Positions 9,636-19,067 of a DNA stretch of 64,000 nt are shown here, in pieces. This DNA comes from an uncultured bacterium (GTDB lineage Bacteria > Desulfobacterota > Deferrimicrobia > Deferrimicrobiales > Deferrimicrobiaceae). The DNA is taken from contig CAVUIA010000003.1 in assembly GCA_963741515.1 (NCBI GenBank), positions 1,221 to 65,220 of the forward strand. The letters are read 5' to 3'. Within the stretch, counting starts at the first letter, position 1. Each line of letters starts with the position of its first letter. A program made the position numbers and the translations under genes. The notes under the pieces were generated by a model. It searched no databases and was not told where the DNA came from. It saw nothing but the letters and a program-made list of their open reading frames with translations.

Positions 9636-10875
9636 AGTGCGGCATCGGGACGATGAACTTCCCTCCGGCGAAGAGGTACGCCTTCTCCCGCTGCTGGAAT
9701 TCCTCCAGGAAATGCCACGGCAGGACGAGGAAGTAGTCCGGCCTGGCCGCCCGGGCTTCCTCTTCCGAGACGATGGGGATGTGCGTCCCGACGGTCATCT
9801 TTCCCCACTTGTCCCGGTTTCGCTCGGCGGCCCCGGCGATCAGCGTGTGGTCCAGGCCGAAGTACTGCAGCAGGGTGTTCCCCTTGGTCGAGGCCCCGTA
9901 GACATACACCTTCTTGCCGTGGGACACCTGTTCCCGGATGAACCCCACCACATCCTCCCGGATCCGGCCGACCCAGACGGCGAACTCCTTGTAGGCCTCG
10001 ATGTCGTCCAGTCCGAGCCGCGCTTCCTGGTCGCGGAGGGCCTGGACCCGCTGCGCCGCCAGGTCCCGGTAGGTCGCGTCCGCGAAATGGGCCGGATCGG
10101 CCTCGCGGTTCCGGATGTACGCCCGGATGCTTCCCCCGTTGATGTCGTTCAGCTCCAGGTCGACGACTTCGAATCCGTGGCGGTCCAGCAGGTATTCGAA
10201 CGAGGTGAGGGAGTAGTATTCGAGATGCTCGTGGCAAATGTTGCCGAACTCGTTCGTCTTGAGCATGAGCGGAAGGTAGCTCATCTGGACGATCCACAGC
10301 CCTTCCGGATCCATCACGTCCTTTATGTCGGAGACGAACCGGTTGGGGTCCTCCAGGTCGTAGAACATCGCGATGCTCGTGACGATCTTGGGCCGGCATC
10401 CCGCCAGCTGCGGGTCTTTCCGGAAGGTTTCCCGATCGAAAAATCCCACCACGAGCTTGTCGGCGATCTTGCGGGAGAACACGGCGAGGTTTTGCGCGGG
10501 GTCGAAGCCGATCTTGCGGATGCCGCCCGTCCGGTACGAGGCCAGGAGCGTCCCGTCGTTGCACCCGATGTCGACGACGGCGTCGCCTTCCTTGAGGCGG
10601 ATGAGCGTCTCCGCCTTGTTCGCGATGTCGGCGAGCGCCGCCCGCATGGTCTGGTTCGTGCCGGACCGATACCAGTAGTTCCTGTACATCGTCTCGGCCG
10701 GGACCGTGTGCCTGAGCTGGAGGAGCCGGCACCTCCGGCACAGGACCAGCTCCAGGGGCGCTTTCGTTCCGTCGGGGTCCCCCGGAGAGATGAAATCCGA
10801 GACATAGAGGTCGCCGAGATCCAGGACGGGCTCCATGGCGCTGTCGCATACCCGGCAAGCCGTGCGCGTTATCAT
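9622..10875 (-). CDS. NDP-hexose C-methyltransferase (TylCIII-like; Zn-ribbon N-domain plus C-methyltransferase C-domain)
   Basis: MITRTACRVCDS...LVLCRRCRLLQL (Cys4 Zn ribbon), a SAM fold VVDIGCNDG, and a C-terminal domain typical of sugar C-methyltransferases. The start is preceded by AAGGAGA. Confidence 0.8.
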   Translation of the reverse strand: MITRTACRVCDSAMEPVLDLGDLYVSDFISPGDPDGTKAPLELVLCRRCRLLQLRHTVPAETMYRNYWYRSGTNQTMRAALADIANKAETLIRLKEGDAVVDIGCNDGTLLASYRTGGIRKIGFDPAQNLAVFSRKIADKLVVGFFDRETFRKDPQLAGCRPKIVTSIAMFYDLEDPNRFVSDIKDVMDPEGLWIVQMSYLPLMLKTNEFGNICHEHLEYYSLTSFEYLLDRHGFEVVDLELNDINGGSIRAYIRNREADPAHFADATYRDLAAQRVQALRDQEARLGLDDIEAYKEFAVWVGRIREDVVGFIREQVSHGKKVYVYGASTKGNTLLQYFGLDHTLIAGAAERNRDKWGKMTVGTHIPIVSEEEARAARPDYFLVLPWHFLEEFQQREKAYLFAGGKFIVPMPHFTLI

Positions 10876-11837
10876 AGGTTTCTCCTTGCCTCCTCCAGGT
10901 CCGCGTCCATCATCACCCGGATCAGTTCCCGGAAAGTGACCTGCGGTTCCCACCCCAGCTGTTCTTTGGCCTTCGCGGGATTCCCCACCAGTTGCGCCGT
11001 CTCGGGAGACCGGAAGGACTCGCTTTCCTGCACCACGTATCCGCGGTAATCCAGCCCCGCGTAGGAAAACGCCTCTTCGCATAGGTCGCGGACGGAATGG
11101 GTTTCCCCGGTGGCGACAACGAAGTCGCCCGGCCGGTCCTGCTGCAGCATGAGCCACATGGCCCGCACGTAATCCCCGGCGAATCCCCAGTCGCGGCGGG
11201 AGTCCAGGTTTCCGAGCCGCAGCTCCCTGTCGAGACCCAGGGCGATCCGCGCCGCCGCGCGCGTGATCTTGCGGGGGACGAACTCCGGGCTCCGCCGCGG
11301 GCTCTCGTGGTTGAACAGTATCCCGGAACAGGCGTACAGGCCGTGGTTCTCCCGGTAGGCGATGGTCATCAGGTGGCCGTACACCTTCGAGACTCCGTAC
11401 GGATTCCGCGGGTGGAACGGGGTGGTCTCCGACTGGGGAACCTCCCGCGCCTTGCCGAAGATCTCGCTGCTCGACGCCTGGAAGAACCGGGCCTCCGGGA
11501 CGATCTTCCGGATCGCCTCGAGGAGGCGGGTCACTCCGATGGCGATGACCTCGGTGGCCCGGATCGGCTGCTGGAACGAGGCCGCCAGGAACGAGTGGGA
11601 GGCGAAGTTGTACACTTCGGACGGGGAATATTCCCGGAAAAGCCGTTCCAGCCGGTCCTGGTCCAGCAGGTCGTCCTCGACGACCTCGATCCTGTCCCCA
11701 AGGTGCCGGATCCGATGCAGTTCGTCCGGGCGCAGGTTCGGCACGGTTCCGACGACGCGGTACCCTTTTTCCAGCAGGAGCTCGGACAGGTAGGATCCGT
11801 CTTGACCGGCGATTCCGGTGATCAGTGCCGTCGGCAT
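10872..11837 (-). CDS. gmd: GDP-mannose 4,6-dehydratase
   Basis: MPTALITGIAGQDGSYLSELLLEKGY...YGVSKVYGHLMTIAYRENHGLYACSGILFNHESPRR. Confidence 0.9.
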   Translation of the reverse strand: MPTALITGIAGQDGSYLSELLLEKGYRVVGTVPNLRPDELHRIRHLGDRIEVVEDDLLDQDRLERLFREYSPSEVYNFASHSFLAASFQQPIRATEVIAIGVTRLLEAIRKIVPEARFFQASSSEIFGKAREVPQSETTPFHPRNPYGVSKVYGHLMTIAYRENHGLYACSGILFNHESPRRSPEFVPRKITRAAARIALGLDRELRLGNLDSRRDWGFAGDYVRAMWLMLQQDRPGDFVVATGETHSVRDLCEEAFSYAGLDYRGYVVQESESFRSPETAQLVGNPAKAKEQLGWEPQVTFRELIRVMMDADLEEARRNL

Positions 11838-11856
11838 GCGCGTAAATATACCATGG

Positions 11857-11872
11857 GATCTTCCGGAAGATC
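11857..11872. promoter_or_regulatory. perfect 16-bp palindrome GATCTTCCGGAAGATC in the 35-nt GT2-gmd intergenic spacer
   Basis: Read directly from the sequence. It abuts the GT2 stop (11873-11875) and lies 20 nt upstream of the gmd start, in a locally AT-richer patch. Confidence 0.4.
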
Positions 11873-12886
11873 TTATCTCCTTCTCCCCCGGAAAAAGCGG
11901 AGAAGGCAGAACCTGCTGTTCATCATGTCCTCCAGCGGCATGCGGGATTCCGGGTGGAACAGCGTGAAATACAGGATCCCCAGGAGATTCAGGACGGTCC
12001 CCGGGAAACGCGCGATCGCCCATGCCCGGAAACGTTCCGCATTCGAGGAAAGCCGCGTTTTCAGCCATCGGGCATACTCCGCGGCGGAATAGGCCCCCAT
12101 CGCCCGGTAGGTGAGAAGGGTCTTCGCCTCCCGCCACGGCTCGCGGGGAACCACCCGCCGTTTCGCCGATTCGGGCAGCCCGGGGAACGACCAGACGAGA
12201 TCGGGCCACTTGAACATCCAGATCTCGAACCCCCGCGCGGTCCACATGGCGTTTCCGTACCGGATGGCGATCAAGGGCGCGGCGATGACCAGGACGTCGC
12301 CCGGGACCGGCTGCTGGAAGATCACGCCGACGTGGATGAACAGGGACCCGAAGTACGGTTCCTTGACCCGCGATTTCCATAACCGGCTCTTCATGACGAC
12401 GCATCCGATGAAGGACAGGTACGTGGCGACGTCCTCGAAGAACCGGGCGGTTTCGTCGACCCGGTACACCCGGTCGGCGTCGATCCGCAGTCTTTTCGCG
12501 TCCAGCACCTTTTCGAGGGCCGCGTCCCGGACCTCGGCGTTCACAACGATGAGGCCGTGACCGCGCCCGATCGCATCCAGGACATTCCGGATCGCGCCGG
12601 GTTTCAACACGTCGTCGTCCGACATCAGCCAGCAGTAATCCCCCCGCGACCATTCGACCGCGGTGTTGAAGTCGCGGTCCACGCCCATGTTCTTCTCTTG
12701 CCGGAAGTACCGGATCCCCGGGAATCGCTTCCCGTACTCGAGGACGACTTCCCCCGTGTTGTCGGAAGACCCTCCGTCGACGATGACGATCTCGACCTCT
12801 TCCGACGCCTGGCCGACGATGCTTTCCAGGGTGCGGCCGATGAACGCTCCGCGGTTGAATGTCGCCATGCAGATGGAGAGTTTCAT
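11873..12886 (-). CDS. glycosyltransferase family 2
   Basis: MKLSICMATFNRGAFIGRTLESI...VIVDGGSSDNT...LMSDDD. ATGA overlap with the upstream GT4. Confidence 0.85.
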   Translation of the reverse strand: MKLSICMATFNRGAFIGRTLESIVGQASEEVEIVIVDGGSSDNTGEVVLEYGKRFPGIRYFRQEKNMGVDRDFNTAVEWSRGDYCWLMSDDDVLKPGAIRNVLDAIGRGHGLIVVNAEVRDAALEKVLDAKRLRIDADRVYRVDETARFFEDVATYLSFIGCVVMKSRLWKSRVKEPYFGSLFIHVGVIFQQPVPGDVLVIAAPLIAIRYGNAMWTARGFEIWMFKWPDLVWSFPGLPESAKRRVVPREPWREAKTLLTYRAMGAYSAAEYARWLKTRLSSNAERFRAWAIARFPGTVLNLLGILYFTLFHPESRMPLEDMMNSRFCLLRFFRGRRR

Positions 12887-13992
12887 GCCCGGTTTCCCGG
12901 TGCCGGCGGTTCGAGGATTCGACGATACAGTTTCATGTGGGCCTCGGCGATGGTCTCCCAATCGCCGCGGGAATCGGACGGGATCCCGGCGATTTTCGTC
13001 CCCGCGTGGACAAGCAGCGCTTCCCGCATCTCCTGTACGTCTTCGGGGCGGGAATAATACACATTTTCATCCGGTTGAAAACCGTGCCGGAGCCGGGAGG
13101 TCGTCAGGACGAACGTTCCCTGGGTCAGGGCGGCGTGCAGGGACGTGTTCCACTCCCCCCCGCCCCCGCGGAAGGGAAACAGGACGGCATCGGCGGCGGC
13201 CAGGATCCTTCCGACCTCTTCCTTGGGCAGGAATCCCGTGACGGTGACCCTTCCTTCCCACGGGGGGGATTTCGCAAGCGCGAGGATCCTGGCGTGATAC
13301 CGGTCCGACGGGTCCAGGTCGCAGATCAGGACCAGGTGGTGCCTGGCGGGATCGGCGGCCTCGAAGATCCGCTCCACCCCCTTTTCCGGATGCGCGAAAC
13401 CGAAATATGCGACAAGCGGTCCGCCGTCCCTCGAGAAGCGGGCGCGGATTTCTGCGGCCTCGGCAGGGGTGAGCCGCGTATACGGGATCGTGGAGGCGTT
13501 GGGTATGAAAGCGAAGGTCTTTTTTCTTATCAGCCACCGGTGCCAGGAGGGCATGTTTTCCAGGTAGTGCGGCCTTACGGCGACCAACCCCCCGGGGACG
13601 AGGGTGTTCAGCAGGTTCGCGTACCCGCCCATGGGAAAATATTCATGCCACGTCTGGACCACCGTGTACTTCCTTGCGCTCGCGATGGCCGGCAGCAGCC
13701 AGGGCAGTTTCTTCCTTCCGTATCCCTGGGTCGGGTACTGCACGTGGACGATGTCGGGATTCCAGCCGGTTATCGCTTTCATCACCGCCGGGGTATCGGC
13801 GATCCTCCATCCCCGCGCGATGGGCAGCAGGAGGAAATCGGGGTCCGCGGGAGCGGAAGCCGCCGCGGCATCCGTCAGGACCGCGACCGAGGCGCCCTTC
13901 GCCTTCCCGAGGGATTTCGCCAGGTGCGCGGTATAGTCGCCGACCCCGCACTTCATGGGGGGGAACGATCCGGAGACGAGGAGGATCTTCAT
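12883..13992 (-). CDS. glycosyltransferase family 4
   Basis: MKILLVSGSFPPMKCGVGDYTAHLA... (GT4 N-domain). ATGA overlaps at both ends. Confidence 0.85.
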   Translation of the reverse strand: MKILLVSGSFPPMKCGVGDYTAHLAKSLGKAKGASVAVLTDAAAASAPADPDFLLLPIARGWRIADTPAVMKAITGWNPDIVHVQYPTQGYGRKKLPWLLPAIASARKYTVVQTWHEYFPMGGYANLLNTLVPGGLVAVRPHYLENMPSWHRWLIRKKTFAFIPNASTIPYTRLTPAEAAEIRARFSRDGGPLVAYFGFAHPEKGVERIFEAADPARHHLVLICDLDPSDRYHARILALAKSPPWEGRVTVTGFLPKEEVGRILAAADAVLFPFRGGGGEWNTSLHAALTQGTFVLTTSRLRHGFQPDENVYYSRPEDVQEMREALLVHAGTKIAGIPSDSRGDWETIAEAHMKLYRRILEPPAPGNRA

Positions 13993-14702
13993 GTTTTTTT
14001 CTGAAGGGCGAGCCATCCGAACGTGTACGACTTTCCCCCCCAGTTCACGACCCGCTCTTCCGCGTCCAGGGCGATTTCTCCGACCGGGGCCAGTCCGTGG
14101 TTTCCGGCCTGCCCGATAAATTCCAGGACCTCATCCCGGGAGAAGATGGTCCAGTCCATTCCGAAGATCCTCACGCCGCCGGTATCGATCTTGTCGGGCC
14201 AGTAGTCGAAGGACGCGACGAAATATCCTCCCGGCCGCAGGAGCCTCGAAACCTCCCCGAGCAGCCGGGGGGCGTCGAGGCCGTGCTCGATGACGGAGAT
14301 CGCCGTCACGGCGTCGAAAGATCCGTCTTCGAAGGGCGTCCGCATGAAATCGGCGACCTCGTACCGGATGGCCCCGGCATACGGCATCTCCCGGATCCCC
14401 GGGTTCAGGTCGACCCCGCTCAGGGACGTGAACCCCAGGCGATGCAGGGCGCAAAGGATCTCCGATGCGTAGGCGCCGATGTCGAGCACCGGCGCCTGCC
14501 TCGGAAGCCGGTCCGCGAGAAACGTCGCCGACTTCAGGATGTCCCAGCTCTTGAGCCTGTCGCCCAGGTTGATTCCTCCCAGGATCCCGAGCCGCCGCAA
14601 CAACGGGACCGGCCAGGGAGCGATGCAGGATGCGCCCATGCGGCGCAGCGCGCCCCTGGCGGCGTCGATCTCGCTTTTTTCCCGCAGCACCGCGGCGGTC
14701 AT
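13989..14702 (-). CDS. class I SAM-dependent methyltransferase
   Basis: VLDIGAYASE...FDAVTAISVIEH...LRPGGYF motifs I to III. Confidence 0.75.
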   Translation of the reverse strand: MTAAVLREKSEIDAARGALRRMGASCIAPWPVPLLRRLGILGGINLGDRLKSWDILKSATFLADRLPRQAPVLDIGAYASEILCALHRLGFTSLSGVDLNPGIREMPYAGAIRYEVADFMRTPFEDGSFDAVTAISVIEHGLDAPRLLGEVSRLLRPGGYFVASFDYWPDKIDTGGVRIFGMDWTIFSRDEVLEFIGQAGNHGLAPVGEIALDAEERVVNWGGKSYTFGWLALQKKT

Positions 14703-15532
14703 GGAAGCCCCTTCATCCGGAACCAGATATCCTGCAGGTCGAACGTCTCTCCGGGTTTCCCCGTCGGGATCCGTTGGAGCGCCGTTCTCTCCCGGATGGC
14801 GAATCCCAGCCCCAGGAAACGATCCAGGAGCCGTTCCGGCGTCGTCCCGTTGCGCGACAGCCAGCCGCTGTTGAACTCGCAGAATACGTTTTCGATCCGC
14901 CTCGAGCGCACCAGCTGTTCCATCCCCTCGAGAACGTCCGGCTCATATCCCTCGACGTCGATCTTGACCGCCTTCACTTTCGGGACACCCTGCAGCGGCC
15001 CGAAGCCGTCCAGGGAAATCACCGGCACCTGGACCGGGGAATAAGCGGGGTCGCTGTAGAGGATGCTTGGAGAGTGCAGGGACCCGCCGTCCGGCAAATA
15101 CAGCGGAACGCTGCCGGCCGCCTTTCCGACGGCCGCCTTGGTGAGGGCGATGTTCCGGATGCCCGAATCGAGGATCGCCTCCTCGATCACGCGGGAGGCC
15201 ACGGGGCTTGGCTCGAAAGAGAATACCTTCCCCGAGGGACCAACCAGCGCCGAGCCAAGCGTGGTGTAGTACCCGAAGCTTGCGCCGACATCGATGACGG
15301 TGTCCCCCGGCCCGATGCATTCCCTGAACCACCGGGTCTGCTCGGGCTCGTACTTCCCGAGGAACATCAACCGCTGGATTCCTTCCCTCGGGTCGAGCCG
15401 CATCGTCGCCTGATGGACGACGGCCTTCACCCTTCCCCCCAGGAGGCATCCCAGCGCGTGCGCCGCCTCTTCCTGCTTGAACGGAAGCCTCCGGATCAAC
15501 GCCTGGCACACGGGGGGACGCGCGGGCTTCAT
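14699..15532 (-). CDS. FkbM family methyltransferase
   Basis: VIDVGASFGYYT...FSFEPSP...VKIDVEGYE (FkbM signature). Confidence 0.8.
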   Translation of the reverse strand: MKPARPPVCQALIRRLPFKQEEAAHALGCLLGGRVKAVVHQATMRLDPREGIQRLMFLGKYEPEQTRWFRECIGPGDTVIDVGASFGYYTTLGSALVGPSGKVFSFEPSPVASRVIEEAILDSGIRNIALTKAAVGKAAGSVPLYLPDGGSLHSPSILYSDPAYSPVQVPVISLDGFGPLQGVPKVKAVKIDVEGYEPDVLEGMEQLVRSRRIENVFCEFNSGWLSRNGTTPERLLDRFLGLGFAIRERTALQRIPTGKPGETFDLQDIWFRMKGLP

Positions 15533-16407
15533 GACGCGGCCGAAGTGAAAATGTAGTTGATGACGCCCGATCGGGTGCGGCCGGTCCGGACGCTGTCGGA
15601 AACCTCCGCCGGCGTGACGGGGCGGGGGTCGCTTTCCGCCGTGCTCGCCTCGTACCCATGCTCCCGGAAAAGGCGGAAGGTGTCCTCGTACCTCGGGTTG
15701 ATCCCGCCGGGGTGATGTTCCGTCAGGCAGATCTCGACGATCCAGACGGGTTTGGGCGTGGAGGCCAGGACGGATTCGGCCCCCTTCAGCACATCGTATT
15801 CGACGCCCTCGACGTCGATCTTGATGAACAGTTTTTCCCCCTGGAACCGTTTCCCGAGCAGGGTGTCCAGGGTCGTCACGGGGATGACCCGCCGGGTTCG
15901 CCGGGACGCTCCCGCCCATCCGGGAATCAACGATGCGCCCGTGCTGGAGGAACCGTAGAGGACAAGGAGCCCGGAGGCGGATCCCAGCCCCACGGGGAAC
16001 ACTTCGGTGTCTTCCCAGCCGTTGACCAGCAGGTTGGAGTACAGGTATCTCAAATTTTCCGCTTGGGGCTCCACGGCGATCGCCTGTTTCCCCGAGTGCC
16101 TGGCCATGCAGGCGTAAAATCCGATGTTCGCCCCCACGTCGACGAAGACGTCCGCTTGCGAGAGAAGGCGCCGCATCAGGGCGACTTCCCCGGGTTCGAA
16201 GCGGCCTTCCTGCATCGCCTTGTGATGGAGGGAATTCCCCCCCGCGAGCTTGAATCCGAAGGGCGTCTGCAGGGCTTCCGTCGGGGGGAAGGGGCGGTGG
16301 GCGTAATATGCGTCGATGGCGTGGCTGCCCCCGCGCACGACCGCGGCGTGGAGGTCCACGAGCCGCGGAAAGCGTTCCTTGAGGTTTTTCTTCAACGACT
16401 CAAGCAT
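15529..16407 (-). CDS. FkbM family methyltransferase
   Basis: FVDVGANIGFYA...IAVEPQ...IKIDVEGVEYDVL. Confidence 0.8.
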   Translation of the reverse strand: MLESLKKNLKERFPRLVDLHAAVVRGGSHAIDAYYAHRPFPPTEALQTPFGFKLAGGNSLHHKAMQEGRFEPGEVALMRRLLSQADVFVDVGANIGFYACMARHSGKQAIAVEPQAENLRYLYSNLLVNGWEDTEVFPVGLGSASGLLVLYGSSSTGASLIPGWAGASRRTRRVIPVTTLDTLLGKRFQGEKLFIKIDVEGVEYDVLKGAESVLASTPKPVWIVEICLTEHHPGGINPRYEDTFRLFREHGYEASTAESDPRPVTPAEVSDSVRTGRTRSGVINYIFTSAAS

Positions 16408-17914
16408 GGAGGCCCTTCCATTCCTTCCATTGGTTTCCGATCCATTCGCGCAGCATGGGGGAGGCGAGCGCCGCAAAAGAGGTCGCGGCCGCGAGGATGC
16501 AGCCCAGGGCGAGCAAGGAGGAAACCCGCTGCGACGGATCGATCCGGATGACCCCGCGGGCGAACCCCACGAGCATCACCGAAGCGGCCAGGGGAAGCCC
16601 CACATCGACCAGGCACCAGCGGCGGGCTTCTCCCGGGAGGATCCTGGCGTGGGTGAGCGGCACCCCGACACCCATGTAAACGAGGTTCAGAAGGACCCAC
16701 ACGGAGGCGGCGCCGGCGGGGCCGTAGCGCAAGGAGGCAAGGTAATACAGAGGGACCATGGTCACGATCAGGCCGACGGTGATCGTCAGCGCCAGCCGGG
16801 TCCACCCGTGCGCCAGCTGAAGGGCGTACGGCGGGCTCATGAGCCCGTTCACCGCCGTGCCGGCGATCAGGATGCTGACGATGGGCGCGGTGTTCCCGGC
16901 GGTCTCGGCGTTGCCTGTCCAGAGCGTCAGGATTTCCTGGGAAAAGAAGGCCACGGTCAGGGCCACGGGCAGGATCAGCGCGGCCATCAGCTGGGTCGAA
17001 AGGTGGTAGAGCTCCCTGACGCCGTTTTCGTCCCTTGCGGCCACCATCGCCGAAATCCGGGGGAACGTGGCGTTGAACACCGGGGTGATCAGGATATACA
17101 GCCCGTTCCCGACGGCGGCCGCCAGCGTGTAGTAGCCGAAGGTCTTCAGCGGAAGCAGTTTGCTCAGGATGATCTTGTCGATCTGGGTAAGGAGGATCGA
17201 TGATACCGCGATCCCGCTCATTCCCGCGGCGAACCGCCAGACGTTCCGAAGCAGGACGGGCGAAAAGCGGGGCCGGCCGCCGTCGGAGGGAAGGCTGCGC
17301 CACAGGGACCACCCGAGGGCGGCCGCCTGCAGGACCGCCACGGCGAGCTGCCAGGCGAGAAAGGCCGTGATGGTGGGGGAGACGAGCCAGAGGATGAGGA
17401 CGGCGCCGCCGCTCGCCAGCACCGACATGGCGACCTTGACGCCGTTGAGGAGGACCTGGCGCTGGAGCCCCAGCAGCCCGCCCTGGTAGAACGTAAGGGG
17501 CAGCTGCAGCGATGCGAGCCCTCCCATGAGCGTCAATGCGCGCACGACCACGGGGAGAGGCAAGGTCCCGGCATTGATCCACCCGGCGGCGATCAGGGGC
17601 GCGGCCAGGGCGATGGCGGCGCCCGCCGAGATCCCGAAGGCCCAGTAGACGATTTCCAGCGTGCGGGCGAAATCCCTCGCTTCCCCGGCCTTCTCCTTCG
17701 AAACGGAGTAACGGGCCATCTCGCGGTTCATCGTGGGGCCGAGGCCGAGGTCCAGCACCAGCAGGACCGCCTGGAGCATGAGGTAGAATCCGATCAGCCC
17801 GTAGGCTTCCATCCCGAGAAACCGGATGTAGAAGGGGATGAAGACCAGCTGCAGCAGGGCGGCAATCCCCGATCCCGCGAAATTGGCGAACAGGTTCGAT
17901 TTATAGCGGGTCAT
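16400..17914 (-). CDS. polysaccharide/O-unit flippase (Wzx-like, MOP superfamily)
   Basis: 504-aa polytopic protein, MTRYKSNLFANFAGSGIAALLQLVFIPFYIRFLG..., occupying the C-terminal part of ORF 16400..19423. The upstream 500 aa of that ORF is high-GC frame noise. Confidence 0.8.
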   Translation of the reverse strand: MTRYKSNLFANFAGSGIAALLQLVFIPFYIRFLGMEAYGLIGFYLMLQAVLLVLDLGLGPTMNREMARYSVSKEKAGEARDFARTLEIVYWAFGISAGAAIALAAPLIAAGWINAGTLPLPVVVRALTLMGGLASLQLPLTFYQGGLLGLQRQVLLNGVKVAMSVLASGGAVLILWLVSPTITAFLAWQLAVAVLQAAALGWSLWRSLPSDGGRPRFSPVLLRNVWRFAAGMSGIAVSSILLTQIDKIILSKLLPLKTFGYYTLAAAVGNGLYILITPVFNATFPRISAMVAARDENGVRELYHLSTQLMAALILPVALTVAFFSQEILTLWTGNAETAGNTAPIVSILIAGTAVNGLMSPPYALQLAHGWTRLALTITVGLIVTMVPLYYLASLRYGPAGAASVWVLLNLVYMGVGVPLTHARILPGEARRWCLVDVGLPLAASVMLVGFARGVIRIDPSQRVSSLLALGCILAAATSFAALASPMLREWIGNQWKEWKGLHA

Positions 17915-17937
17915 GAGGAGGAGCCAGGGGACACGCT

Positions 17938-18240
17938 TTACCGCGTTTCCCGGCTCGGGGAAGGGCCATCCTTGGGCGGCGAGCTTTTCATCAACGCGAT
18001 CTCCTGCGCGATCTGCTTGTTCTTCTGCTTGAGCTTCGAGATGGTGATGGAGAAGTGGATGAGGATCAGGACGATGAAGAGCATGCCGACGAGGAAGAGG
18101 AGTGACGGCGGATACGCGATGCCCACCGCGGCGGCGATCCGGTTCAGCCAGGACTGTTTCAGGGAGAGGATCAGGACGACGACGCTCCCGGACAGCCACA
18201 GGATGGAGTACTCCTCCATCAGCTTGCGGCGCCGCACCAT
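17938..18240 (-). CDS. DUF2304 family small membrane protein (N-terminus uncertain)
   Basis: ...RRRKLMEEYSILWLSGSVVVLILSL... matches the DUF2304 pattern that typically follows DPM1-like GT2 genes. A further in-frame helix lies upstream with no start codon (see findings). Confidence 0.65.
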   Translation of the reverse strand: MVRRRKLMEEYSILWLSGSVVVLILSLKQSWLNRIAAAVGIAYPPSLLFLVGMLFIVLILIHFSITISKLKQKNKQIAQEIALMKSSPPKDGPSPSRETR

Positions 18241-18300
18241 CTCGATGATGTACAGCAGGAACGCAAGGGATGCGAAGATCGGAGAGCACGGCGATCCGGT

Positions 18301-19014
18301 TCATTCGAATCTCCGGATGCAATTGATCAGGAAGGATATCGTCACCTTGACCATATAATACATCGCCCGGAAGGGAGTGATGGAGGATTTTCCCTCCTCC
18401 CGCTCGTACATGCGGGCCGGGACCTCGACGGCGCGGGCTTTCAGCCGGTGCATGAGGATGTAGGAGTCGACCTCGGGATAGTCGGAAGGGTACTGGGCCG
18501 AGTAGAATTCCATCAGCCGCCGGTTGACGGCGAAGAACCCGGACGTGGGATCGGTGACGCGGTAGCCGGTGAACAGGTTCACGAGGAGCCGGAAGAAGCG
18601 GATCCCGATCATCCGAAAGAACGGGGGGCGGTATTCCGTTTCCCCGAGGAAGCGGGACCCGATCGCGGCCTCGGCCGTTCCCAGCAGGATCGGCTCGAGG
18701 ATCCGGGCGATGTCCCCGGCCTCGTGCTGCCCGTCCCCGTCGAGCCGCACCACCGCGTCGTAGCCGTGCTCCAGGGCGTAGAGGAAGGAGGTCTGCACCG
18801 CACCGCCGATTCCCACGTTGCACGGCAGGTCCAGGACGATCGCGCCGGCGTTCCGGGCGGCCTCCGACGTGCCGTCCGGGGAGCCGTCGTTGACCACCAG
18901 GATATCGTAGGGATACCGGTCGCGGATCGCGCCGACGACCGCGCCGATGTTCTTCTCCTCGCGATAGGCCGGGATGGCGATAAGAACGCGTACGTCCGTT
19001 GCCGGGATGGCCAT
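18301..19014 (-). CDS. glycosyltransferase family 2 (DPM1-like polyprenol-phosphate glycosyltransferase)
   Basis: VLIAIPAYREEKNIGAVVGAI...VVNDGSPDGT...RLDGDGQHE. An AGAGG Shine-Dalgarno precedes the ATG. Confidence 0.85.
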   Translation of the reverse strand: MAIPATDVRVLIAIPAYREEKNIGAVVGAIRDRYPYDILVVNDGSPDGTSEAARNAGAIVLDLPCNVGIGGAVQTSFLYALEHGYDAVVRLDGDGQHEAGDIARILEPILLGTAEAAIGSRFLGETEYRPPFFRMIGIRFFRLLVNLFTGYRVTDPTSGFFAVNRRLMEFYSAQYPSDYPEVDSYILMHRLKARAVEVPARMYEREEGKSSITPFRAMYYMVKVTISFLINCIRRFE

Positions 19015-19067
19015 GTTCGCCTCTGTCGCGCGGTTCGGGCAAGAAAACATGGTATTTTATAGCATAT

